The notes beneath the pieces were generated by a model. The model worked only from the letters and a program-made list of their open reading frames with translations, did no database searches and had not been told where the DNA came from. A program made the translations under genes and the position numbers. DNA of 64,000 bases from assembly GCA_964016885.1 (NCBI GenBank), contig OZ024740.1, positions 252,216,001-252,280,000 on the forward strand. The letters run 5' to 3'. This DNA comes from Eledone cirrhosa. Lineage: Eukaryota. The stretch's first letter is position 1; every line of letters starts with the position of its first letter. This document shows, piece after piece, positions 38,401 through 47,399 of this stretch.

Positions 38401-40005
38401 TTTAGGATGTCAACCGAATCTTGTCCTAGCCCATCAGCATTCATCTCCTCAGTGGCCGTATCTCTGTTCCAGGTATTATTTATCTCAGTATTCAGATCAT
38501 TGTCTGCTTCGGGTGGTTCCTCCGTTCTCAGGACCTCTTCACCTTCATTTCCCACTGGCTCGCTTGTCTGGCATACTACACCCGCCATCTCCAAGCCATT
38601 CTCTCTGCTCAGTCCCTCCAGTTCCAGCTCGCTTATCCACCCATTAGTTCTTATTACCCGAGCCTGCCCGGCCAATTTTTGTTCATCTAATTTAAATAAA
38701 CCAATCTCGTTCCAGATGTTATGCATCCGTCTCCTGTAGCCCCTCTCCTTGGGGTTACTTTTCAGGTAACATTGCATAACAGTTCTATTCAATTCTTTCG
38801 TCCAGTTGGTTCTGGCCCCTTTCCTTCTTCTCCTTCCTCCAACATCAGCAGTATTTGGTTGACAGTCAGGTTCCTGCTGCTGAGCCAGGGGGCACCTGTT
38901 GGGTGAGAGTCTGTCACATGACGTTCTAGTCTCCATTTCACCGTTATTCGAACTGTTTATGTTCGATATTTAAACACTCTTATCGAGGATTGGCGAATGT
39001 ATGGTTACATAGCCATCTGTGGATCCGCCATTCCACTTGGCCCTTGTGTGGCATTATCACCACGCTGTATACGAACACACATAAACAAACAAACACACAG
39101 GCAGAAAGGGCCCCAAAAATGAATAAGCATAAGTTTCATTGTAATGTAGTGTTCGAATGTCTGACTTAGTTTTTGTTTTTTAAGTTTTAGTTTTTCCCCC
39201 CTCTTCTCTGTCCGTCCGCCTGCTTCTCTCTTCATTCTTATTTTCTTTACGTTTTTGGGGTTTTTTTTTTGTTTTTGTTTTTCTCTGTTTGTTTTTCTCG
39301 TTTTTGCTGTTGTTGCTGTGCTGTTTTGGTTTTGTTTGTTTTTTCTTTTTTCTTTTGAGTCTATCTATATATTTTGATGCCTTCCTCTTTTTTAGCAGTA
39401 GGGATTCTATAATGTGGTGGCAGCAGCCATCTGGGAGAAGTGGAAGACTGGCGGCGGTAGCGATACTGAGACAGTGGTGGTGGTGATGTCGATACCGAGG
39501 CAGTGGTGGCGGTGATGTGACCGTATTACTGTAGTGATGGTGCTGTAGCGGTGGTAGCAGTGAAGGAGTGAAGGGGTGGTGGCGGCGGTGATGGGATAAT
39601 GGTGGTAATGATGGCCGTAGTGAGCGGTGGTGGTGAAAATGCCGTTATCTGGCTGTTGTGTTTAGTGTACACAGGTGATGGGGTGGGTGGTGTATCTAGT
39701 TTCTGGTGTTGGTGAGTTTGGCTGTTCTATATAGTGTAGACAGAGGAGAGGAGGGGGGGGGGGTTCTTCTTCCATTTATAGCCATTTTCTTTTTTGGATA
39801 TACAGTGTACAATACAAAGTTGAATATTTGAATATTTGAGCCTTATAACAATATATTTTGGGTCCGAATTTTTTGGGGCTCAAGCCGGGTGCTTTACGTA
39901 GCATTTGTACTAAGAGTTGTTATTTCACAAATGATTTAAATATGTTAAAAATTCAAAACTTACGGGAGCGATTTCATGACCTCCGTCACCTCGTGCGTCT
40001 TCTTC
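35468..40005 (-). mobile_element. R4/Dong-clade RLE non-LTR retrotransposon (5' boundary uncertain) flanked by (TAA)n
   Basis: Single long RT+RLE ORF; (TTA)n tracts at 35442-35467 and 40006-40046. Confidence 0.82.
35544..38936 (-). CDS. R4/Dong-like polyprotein: N-terminal domain, reverse transcriptase, CCHC finger, restriction-like endonuclease
   Basis: 1130 aa uninterrupted; KSPGPDG, IDYRKAFD, GIFQGDSLSP, HLLFMDDLKL, CRICGEREETVAHIVSEC, RHD, NRPDLVV..VDVACP..KINRYQDL. Confidence 0.92.
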   Translation of the reverse strand: METRTSCDRLSPNRCPLAQQQEPDCQPNTADVGGRRRRKGARTNWTKELNRTVMQCYLKSNPKERGYRRRMHNIWNEIGLFKLDEQKLAGQARVIRTNGWISELELEGLSRENGLEMAGVVCQTSEPVGNEGEEVLRTEEPPEADNDLNTEINNTWNRDTATEEMNADGLGQDSVDILNLVVDELNNDSGRPMNLRFVDRKKLKETTAKVNKVIPYLEARSLHQCNNILKTTANTVRKLLGIKARGNNRQERAEPWRKKRLSGQIGEMRNDIGKLESLLNGTLKNIGTKNRLEIKYKTRRKKLNIIIEELKQRIVAKSAKIRRYENRVSQYKQNRMFDNNQKMLFGQLEGKERGNDLIPGAEQTKTFWRGMWEQDVRHKVQAGWIETVQREIGEQAQQQTDLSITVETLKGQAKKLTNWKSPGPDGVQGYWIKHLTSLHPKLTAMFNDCLVSGEVPEWLTKGTTVLIMKDRIKGNDVTNYRLITCLSVMWKLLTSIVSEEIYHHLHTNNLLPDEQKGCRKKSRGTKDQLLIDKMVMGYCRRRHIDLAMGWIDYRKAFDMVPHSWITKSLEIFRVADNIRQLLGRSMGSWETELTSTGVSLGSVKIKRGIFQGDSLSPLLFVLALMPLTIMLRKVRAGYKLGRGELTINHLLFMDDLKLFGKSEKELDVLVDTVRIFSSDICMQFGIGKCGVIVMRRGRLSRSNGIQIPTGEMIKEIDSEEGYKYLGVLEADGIKNKKMKELLKTEYIRRVRSVLKSHLNSRNAISAVNSRAVSIIRYSAGILRWNVAEQKEMDRKTRKLLTIYNMFHKRSDVDRLYLRRSEGGRGLISIEDCVQMEKNNLYKYVTYSKEPMLRTVLKEGTVGQGMSKEEITSRRKSSLKGKSLHSTFFEKTEFRDPQTWNWLRRGDLKKATEGMLMAAQEQALKTKWLKHHIYKEEASPLCRICGEREETVAHIVSECKHLAQTHYKGWRHDVMGRVIHWHLCKVNNLPHFEKWYEHRPEAVMENNQVKVLWDFRIQTDKKLEHNRPDLVVVDKEKRSCLIVDVACPFDTRVQEKEREKINRYQDLKWEVKRIWNCHEVKVIPIVIGALGTISKSFQGWLKKIGPFTLFGTLQKACLLGTARTLRYVLNI

Positions 40006-40047
40006 TTTATTATTATTAATATTATTATTATTATTATTATTATTATA

Positions 40048-40245
40048 AGGCGGTGGATTGGCAGTATCGGTAGAGGGTCGGATGCCATTCTTTGAAGCAT
40101 AGAGCTACCTCCCTGTATGATCTGAGTTCAAATCCCGCCGAGGTTAACTTTGTCTTTCATCCTTCCGGGGTCGATAGAATAAAGTACCAGTAATGCATTG
40201 GGTAATTGCTGGCCTTGTGCCAAAAGTAGAAACAATTATTATTAT
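40048..40245 (+). mobile_element. tRNA-derived SINE, full length
   Basis: A-box tggcagtatcgg, B-box gagttcaaatcc, central tttcatccttccggggtcgata..gtacc (resembles the Nin/Deu SINE domain), (TTA) tail. Confidence 0.88.
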
Positions 40246-40299
40246 TGTTATTAATGTATATGTATATATATATATATATATATGTGTATATATGTATAT

Positions 40300-40331
<32 letters not shown>

Positions 40332-40424
40332 TTCTTTTTTTCTTTTCTTTTATTTTATTTTTTATTTATTTATTAATTTTTATTTTTTTTCTCCTCGTGC
40401 AATGGCCATACTCGATAACGAGGG

Positions 40425-41815
40425 GGCAGAAACAAAAATAACAATACAATCGGTACAGTATGTGGAAGGAATATATTAGGTTAACGATTGATGTAGCAGG
40501 AAGAGGGTCTTAATGTTTCGGACGCTAGTCCTTCATCAGAAGAAAGAATGAGAAATAAGATAGATTGAAGGGACGGGCCGGCTGGAATTGGAAAAAATGT
40601 CTTTAGATAAAAATAACAGGTCCATTCATGTTGACATCTCTTGCAAAACTGTTGGTGCTGCCGTTTTGTGTATGATTTATTTTTTAGAAAAGTGGATGAT
40701 GGAGCGCGTCTACCTGAAATGGAAAAAGAAACGTTTTGTAAAAAGAGCTATACTTGTGCACGTACGTAAGCATGTGTGTGTGTGCGCATGTGTGTGCGTG
40801 TGTGTGTGTGTGTGTGTGTATGTGTGCGTGTGTGTGTGTGTATACGTCCGTACGAAGCTAAGAAGAGATGTGTGTGTGTATGTAAGTAAAAGACTGTGTG
40901 TGGATGTAAGTACGAAGCTATGAGCAGAAGTATGTTAATATAAGGATGTGTATGTATGTATACAGAGCAGTGAAGGGAAACGTGGAGTGAGCATATTTAG
41001 TTGGTCTGTATTAGTTGTAAGAGAAGATGTTAATGATCAAGAGAGAGCAATAGGAATCTAGGGGTGAATGTATAAGCGCGTGTGATAATGGACGGGGTAT
41101 TAAAGAAATTGAAGTGGTGAGTTGAGTCCAAGAGGGGAATATGACCCAAGGCGGTGAATTAGTCTGTGATCCATGATGTAAAAGGACACCCAGGACTGAA
41201 ACATATTGGGAAGAATGACCAGGAGAACAGAAATGACGGGTGACAGGAGTATCGAAAACGAGTCGTATGTACCTTAAATGCTCAGCAAAATGGTTCACCA
41301 TACGGCGTCCCGTTTGTCCGATGTATAAATACCCGCAAAGGGGACACCGGAGGGCATAGACAACGTGGGTAGATGTGTAGGTAAAAGGGTGGCAGATACG
41401 GAAAGACCCGTTCGGGCCTGTAAGAGTGGTGAGGTTGGAAATGAAGAGACAAGTGTTGCAGCGGGAACTAGAACAAGGATGAGAGCCGGGTGGAATCGTG
41501 GGAGAGGATGAGAAGGAACTGTGAACCAGGAGGTCGCGAGCGCGCTTAAAAGCAGTAATGGGTGGGTTTGGAAAAAATCGAGAAGTAACGAGGTTAGAAG
41601 AGAGGATGCGGAAGGGACGGAGGATGTCACCGGAGTGGTAAGTGAGAGGGAAAGGAACGCGGGTGTTGAGAGGGCGTAGGTGAGGTGATATATATATGTA
41701 TTTTCTTCTGATAAAGGACTAGCGCCCGAAACGTTAAAACCCTCTTCCTGCTATATCAAACGTTAACCTAATATATACCTTCCATATACTGTACTGATTG
41801 TGTTGTTATTTCTGT
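40425..41815 (-). mobile_element. Penelope-like element 3' part with GIY-YIG remnant and an inverted pseudo-LTR copy (41700-41815)
   Basis: - strand reads VVYALRCPLCGYLYIGQTGRRMVNHFAEH at ~41280-41370; 40430-40545 is the reverse complement of 41700-41815. Confidence 0.85.
40508..40543 (-). ncRNA. Minimal type I hammerhead motif
   Basis: Reverse complement tctt-CTGATGA-aGGAC-tagc-GTCC-GAAA-ca-TT-aaga; mutated + copy at 41704-41740. Confidence 0.75.
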
Positions 41816-41982
41816 TTACCTTTTACATATATGTATATATATATTTATTAAAATAACAGATTAAAGTTTAAATATTTGCTCTACGGTTCTTATATATTTG
41901 ATATTTATTTATCCTTATCGAGCGCTCTTTGGATTTTAGTCTTCAAATTTATTATTATTACTAAATATATATATATATATAT

Positions 41983-42170
41983 ATAGGAACGAGTAGGACC
42001 CCGACGGCTGAGCTCAAGCCGTTTCGACGGCTAATTCTGGACTTTGCCGTCGAAACGGCTTGAGCTCAGCCGTCGGGGTCCTACTCGTTCCTATTACCCA
42101 CTCTACTACCCTAAGTATTGAGTACTTTGGTGCGTTATGGTCCACCTGGTTCCTTACCACATTTCCTTCG

Positions 42171-42172
<2 letters not shown>
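41983..42172. repeat. Family A repeat (palindrome plus tail); other copies at 51600-51724, 53417-53690, 56069-56265
   Basis: gtggtaaggaaccaggtggaccataacgcacc..gggtagtagagtggg..gccgtttcgacggc shared; all abut (TA)n. Confidence 0.9.
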
Positions 42173-42220
<48 letters not shown>

Positions 42221-42385
42221 ATTACAATTTAGCTTCAGGCATAGCTGTTATACAGATATGTATTGAAATTTCGTATTTCAGAAGAAATACGGTATGTTTA
42301 AAATAAACATTTAGAGAACGGTAGCTATGCCAAAACACCAGCGACTAACGCCATCTGGTGGTGTCCAGCAGAAGCAAGGGGGATA

Positions 42386-42431
42386 ATCGTGGATGCGCAT
42401 TTCGAACTGAACTGGGTCTCATCATCACGAT
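42386..42431 (-). ncRNA. Hammerhead-like motif with C3A core change
   Basis: Reverse complement atcgtg-ATGATGA-gacccagttcagttc-GAAA-tgcgca-TC-cacgat; perfect 6-bp stem I. Confidence 0.6.
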
Positions 42432-42819
42432 CCCTCCCACTCTGGACATATATATATATAATACATATATAAGTAGTAAATATATGTAAATATTTGTAGT
42501 AAATGACCGATAATTGTTTTAAAAGCCGATACAAGGGCAAATGATGGTAAATGAAACAAAAGAAAGTAAAGTAATGTACTGCCCAGTCTCACCTGCGTAC
42601 TCACAGGATCATCAGACAAGACAGGTGATCCTGTGAATGCGCAGGTGAAACTTTAGAGTAACAAAGCTCACCAATAGCCACAATAAATGAATGTATATAT
42701 ATAGGAAATGAATAAATTGGGTATAATACCAGTTTCTTACCAAATGCGAAGAAGCTCGATATATTAACCCCTTAGGAAAGGGCACAGAGCATAATTTTTT
42801 TAAATTATATATATATATA

Positions 42820-43016
42820 CAGTGGCGGCGGAACTGGGGGTGGGGGGTCAAGCCTCCCGCCAATAATTATATTTTCTCCCCAAACTACCAAAACATCTAT
42901 TTGGATATGCACTACAATTTATGAACATGTTATGTTTATCGCATATCGAAGTCTTCTGACCATTTTAGGCTTCTCTCCTCCCCCACCCGAATTCAGAATA
43001 GCTTCCACCGCCCCTG
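42820..43016. mobile_element. hAT-like MITE
   Basis: cagtggcggcggaac / gcttccaccgcccctg imperfect TIRs in TA-rich flanks. Confidence 0.65.
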
Positions 43017-43565
43017 GTATATATCATATTTATATATCTGTGTATGTATACATAACTACCATTTACATATATCATTTAAACACATATACACGCCTACGAC
43101 TAGAGTAGAGGCCCTGGATACGGAGTTTGGTGAAATGCGTGTTTACTCGATGAAACAAGTTCGCTAATCTGCTGTAACAAATGGCACCGGCTGGGTGAAA
43201 TCAATTGAAAACAAAATATATTCTAGATTATAGATTCACAATAATCCAGTGACAGGCCGTCCAACTATTGGGAAAAACCTCACTTCGATTTCTAACAGAA
43301 GTGTTGTATCATATGACTAAACGACATTGTATAATCGGAATGGAACCAATAGCGATGAGCGAGCGAGACAGAGAAATGGAAAGCTGAGAAAGCGAGAACG
43401 AGAGTGAAAGAGATGATGAGGGCGTTGATGGTGGTGACGGTTGTGGTGTGGAGATTGTGAAGGTGGTGGTGGTGGTGGTGGTGGTGATGTCTTCTTTTTC
43501 AAATTAAGAAGGCAATTTGGAAGAATTGGTAAATAACTTTTTTTGCATACGACATTCACCTTTAA

Positions 43566-43566
43566 A

Positions 43567-43599
<33 letters not shown>

Positions 43600-43626
43600 A
43601 CGCACGCACACACACACACGCACGCG

Positions 43627-43663
<37 letters not shown>

Positions 43664-43701
43664 GCACACGCACACACACACACAGACACACACACACACG
43701 C

Positions 43702-43777
<76 letters not shown>

Positions 43778-43892
43778 GCACACACACACACGCACGCACA
43801 CACACACACTCACACGCACACGCACACACACACATACACACACACGCACTCACATACACACACACGCGCACGCGCTCACACACACACACACA
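43566..43892. repeat. (CA)n/(CACG) microsatellite abutting the 3' end of Tx1 copy 4
   Basis: Directly visible. Confidence 0.95.
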
Positions 43893-43897
43893 TATAG

Positions 43898-46800
43898 ATA
43901 AATTTCTATTTATTTGCCACGAGGGCACAAAAGAAGGGGACATTTACACAGTGGGGGAGTTTACATAAATCGAGTAAAGAAAAAAGGAATAACAATAATA
44001 ATATAACAATAAAAAGTCCTCAAAAGGGAGGGGGCGTGTTGGGGATTGCACATACCCCCGAAAAGTGTGCAACTCTTTTCGCGGGGGAAGCCCAGAGAGG
44101 AGGCGCTCCCCCTTTCCTCTTCACTTCTTCACCTACAGAACAATGTAGAGAGAAGGCCCATTTACACGGGCCATTCTCGCTTCTTTCACCCACCTTTCAT
44201 AAAACTGTCTGGGACCAAGCACTTCTCTCTCCATCCTGATTCTTCTTCCGAAGTGGTATCGGAAGAAGTAAACCAGGTGATGGCCGGAGAGAAAGTCACC
44301 CGACCTCAGACCTTTCAGGCGCGTCCACCACACAACCTCTTTCATCATGGCTATTACGCACAGAAAGACCGCCTCTGCTTCATTTCTGAAGGGAGGAGGC
44401 GGCTTGATGTTCACCACAGACTCGGCGGTTAATCGAATCGGCGCCACACGCGACAGCAGTCGTTCGACGTAGCCCCACAGATCGGCAACGCCCGGGCAGT
44501 GTACCAGTGCATGCGCAACGGTTTCCTCGTCGCGCACGCATCTGGGACAGATCTTTTTCGCGGGATCCCTGCCCGGGCGCCCGTGTCTGTAGAGCTTTTC
44601 TCGAACGGGCAGAGCCCCCCGGTAACACTGCCAGGCTAGGGACCTCTGGAAGTTGTCCATGGGTCCCGGGCCGAAAGTTCTACCGAACAGGCTGGCCAGT
44701 TCGTCCTCCTCCATGCCTAGCGACTCTCCAAAGGTGTCGTCGCCCCTGCTAGCCACCAGCCCTCTATAGAATGTTGAGGTGGATTCTCCACTGACAGTCG
44801 GGTCCGCTTGCCAGATAGCCGTGAGCGCCTGGGCACACTCGGTGTGCCAGTTGCCCAGTTTTCTCGGTCTTTGCTTCACCCAGGATTGCAGCTCGGTGAG
44901 CGAGACGAGCTGTGGGAAGGCTCGCCTCACAAACGAGGCCCACACCGGCTGACCGGTGAGGAATACCTGTAGATGCCGTAGCCTCAATGCGTGCCTACGC
45001 ATCAACAGCCACGGCATACCCAGCCCTCCTTTCGAAGGGTGCTGGCAGCAGATGGATCTCCTCACCATGGGAGGCCGCTTCTTCCAGAGGAACTGGAAGA
45101 GCATGCGTTCCATGATGGTGATCTTTTCCTTGGGGAAAGGCACGACGGTCAGGCGGTAGCAGATGACGGACGCTATGTAAGCGTTCGTCACCTCCGCCCG
45201 ACGTTTCAGTGCTAGTTTGCACTTGGCCCACTTCTGGGTCAGCGCAAACACCCTGCTCGTCACCTCGCCCCAATTCTTCTCCACCTGGAGGTCCGGTCCG
45301 AACCAGACCCCGAGCAGCTTCACCGGGCCCTCCGTCCACCGCCCGACGACACCGTCTAACGGCATCGGTTTGCCCCTCCACGTTCCGAGTTGCAAACCGA
45401 CTGACTTGTCTCGGTTCAGCCTAGCCCTCGTCAGCCTTTCGTATTCCTCCAGTAGGGTGGCGATCGCCCCGATTTCCGAGTCGTCCGCCACCATTACTGT
45501 TACGTCGTCGGCATAGGCCGAGACCGCTTTGTGCAATCCCGGTTCCAGGGGTATGCCCCGCAGCAACTCCAACTTCCGCAGTAGTGGCTCGAGAGTCAAT
45601 ACGTACAGAAGGGAGGAGAGGGGGCACCCCTGTCTGATGGACCGGGTGATTTGAAACGGCTCCGAGAGGTAGCCGTTTACTTTAATCCTAGAGTAGATGT
45701 TGCCACTGTGCATGGCAGAAATCCAGCCCCTGAAAACGGGTCCGAAGCCCGCCGCCGCTAGCACCGCATCCAGGTAACCATGGTCGACCCTATCGAACGC
45801 CTTAGATTGATCCAAGTTGATCAGGGCCCCACCAAAGCCGGGTTCGTTGCCAACCCTCTCTATGATGTATCGCATGAGGTGGAGGTTGTCGTGAATGGAC
45901 CTGGACGGGATAGCGCATGTCTGCGCGTCTCCCACCAAACCACCCACCACAAGCGCCAACCTCTTCGCCAACACCTTGGCCAAAATCTGTAACTCTGCAT
46001 TCAGCAGAGTTATGGGCCTAAAGTTACTTAAGTCGTCCCCCTTGCTCTCGTCCTTCCTCACTAGCGTGACCACGCCCTTGGTCACAGAACAGGGAATTCT
46101 CCCGTTCTGTTGCCAGTTGCAATAGACAGCCTCGAGGAGTTCGGAGAACAAGACCGGGATAGCTAAATAAAGTTCGTATGGTAGACCATCGAGACCCGGA
46201 GATTTGCGTCTGAGCGCTTCCCCGATTTCAGTGGCTGTGATTGGCCTTTCGCAGCACTCCGCTTCGCCGCTCGAAAGACGCGGTAGACCGTCGAGGTATG
46301 GACCCAAGTCCACATCCCCGTCCGGCCCTCCGCCCCCTCCGAACAGTCGAGCAAAGTGCCTTTGAAAGGCCTCGCACATCCGCTCAGGTTCAAGGATCAC
46401 CCGTCCATCCTGGTCTCGCAAAGACCGAATGGTGGATTTAATCCCACTCTTGGCTTCTGTCACGCGGGGCCAGCTAACAGCTTTGGTCCCCTCGTTTCCT
46501 AAAGCACGTATTTTACTTCGGACAACGCAGCCTTCGTGCTTCGCGTCAAAGAACTGGCTCAACGCCGTTCTCGCCGCTAACACTCTGGCCACGTCTCCGC
46601 TCCTAATCGCCTCTTCTAGTTTATCTGTTAACTCCCTTTCCCTCCTATTTCTATTCGCCGCTAGTTCTTTACTGTAACCTATCGAACTTACTCTAATCTC
46701 TCTCTTTAGAGATACCCACCACCTGCTGTTGACGATCGCTCCCGTCAACCTCATCTTAACTAAGCTACTAATCCGGTTCCTGTAATCTTTCTTTGCCGGC

Positions 46801-47385
46801 AAGGACAAGTTCATCTTCCAGTAACCGGGACCCTGTCTATGCGTTCTATCAAGGTTGACCACGCAGGTCACTAATTTGTGATCTGAATAGCCAACCATGA
46901 TCAATTCTGGACAACTAAATACGTCCCTATCCTTACTCCTAACCAAAAACCTATCTAGGTACGATCTAGATTGACCACTGCGGTTTGCCCAGGTCCAGGT
47001 TGGCGCAGTTGGACAATCTAGTCGAAATCTATCGACCAGGTCGAATCGATCGAGTAACCCCTTGAGGCTGCTACACCCCCCTCTATCGGGACATGCCCCT
47101 GCATAGTCCCAACGCGCATCTAGGATTCCATTCCAGTCCCCCACTAAAAGCAGGGAACGCGACGTTCCTAGAAAAGTCTCCAGACACTGGAAGAAGTCGG
47201 CTCTTTCAGCCCCGAAGGGGGCATAAAGACCGACCAGTCTGAAAGCCCCGCCTTCACCGCCTCCGACGTCCAGCACCAGTAATCGATCCCCCAGGTCCGA
47301 GTGAACAATCTGTACGTCGAGAGCCAGACGTTTATCCAGCAGTACGGCAATCCCCCCTCCCCCCGCCTCCAGGTTGACAGAGATT
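43898..47385 (-). mobile_element. Tx1-like LINE copy 4, 5'-truncated within the endonuclease
   Basis: Close homologue of copy 1 including 3' UTR and AATAAA at ~43910. Confidence 0.92.
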
Positions 47386-47399
47386 TTCGTTTGCCGCAT
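44133..47399 (-). CDS. Open ORF2 reading frame of copy 4 (EN lacking about 60 N-terminal aa, RT, zinc knuckle); the listed start comes from a junction
   Basis: 1088 aa open; GDWN, SDHK, AYADDV, CPRC..ETVAHALVHC. Confidence 0.75.
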   Translation of the reverse strand: MRQTKISVNLEAGGGGIAVLLDKRLALDVQIVHSDLGDRLLVLDVGGGEGGAFRLVGLYAPFGAERADFFQCLETFLGTSRSLLLVGDWNGILDARWDYAGACPDRGGCSSLKGLLDRFDLVDRFRLDCPTAPTWTWANRSGQSRSYLDRFLVRSKDRDVFSCPELIMVGYSDHKLVTCVVNLDRTHRQGPGYWKMNLSLPAKKDYRNRISSLVKMRLTGAIVNSRWWVSLKREIRVSSIGYSKELAANRNRRERELTDKLEEAIRSGDVARVLAARTALSQFFDAKHEGCVVRSKIRALGNEGTKAVSWPRVTEAKSGIKSTIRSLRDQDGRVILEPERMCEAFQRHFARLFGGGGGPDGDVDLGPYLDGLPRLSSGEAECCERPITATEIGEALRRKSPGLDGLPYELYLAIPVLFSELLEAVYCNWQQNGRIPCSVTKGVVTLVRKDESKGDDLSNFRPITLLNAELQILAKVLAKRLALVVGGLVGDAQTCAIPSRSIHDNLHLMRYIIERVGNEPGFGGALINLDQSKAFDRVDHGYLDAVLAAAGFGPVFRGWISAMHSGNIYSRIKVNGYLSEPFQITRSIRQGCPLSSLLYVLTLEPLLRKLELLRGIPLEPGLHKAVSAYADDVTVMVADDSEIGAIATLLEEYERLTRARLNRDKSVGLQLGTWRGKPMPLDGVVGRWTEGPVKLLGVWFGPDLQVEKNWGEVTSRVFALTQKWAKCKLALKRRAEVTNAYIASVICYRLTVVPFPKEKITIMERMLFQFLWKKRPPMVRRSICCQHPSKGGLGMPWLLMRRHALRLRHLQVFLTGQPVWASFVRRAFPQLVSLTELQSWVKQRPRKLGNWHTECAQALTAIWQADPTVSGESTSTFYRGLVASRGDDTFGESLGMEEDELASLFGRTFGPGPMDNFQRSLAWQCYRGALPVREKLYRHGRPGRDPAKKICPRCVRDEETVAHALVHCPGVADLWGYVERLLSRVAPIRLTAESVVNIKPPPPFRNEAEAVFLCVIAMMKEVVWWTRLKGLRSGDFLSGHHLVYFFRYHFGRRIRMEREVLGPRQFYERWVKEARMARVNGPSLYIVL

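Noticed and set aside
38980-39060. ggcgaatg resembling HDV ribozyme J4/2 upstream of the R4 ORF
   Set aside because: Antisense to the element, and no P1/P2/P3 pseudoknot could be built
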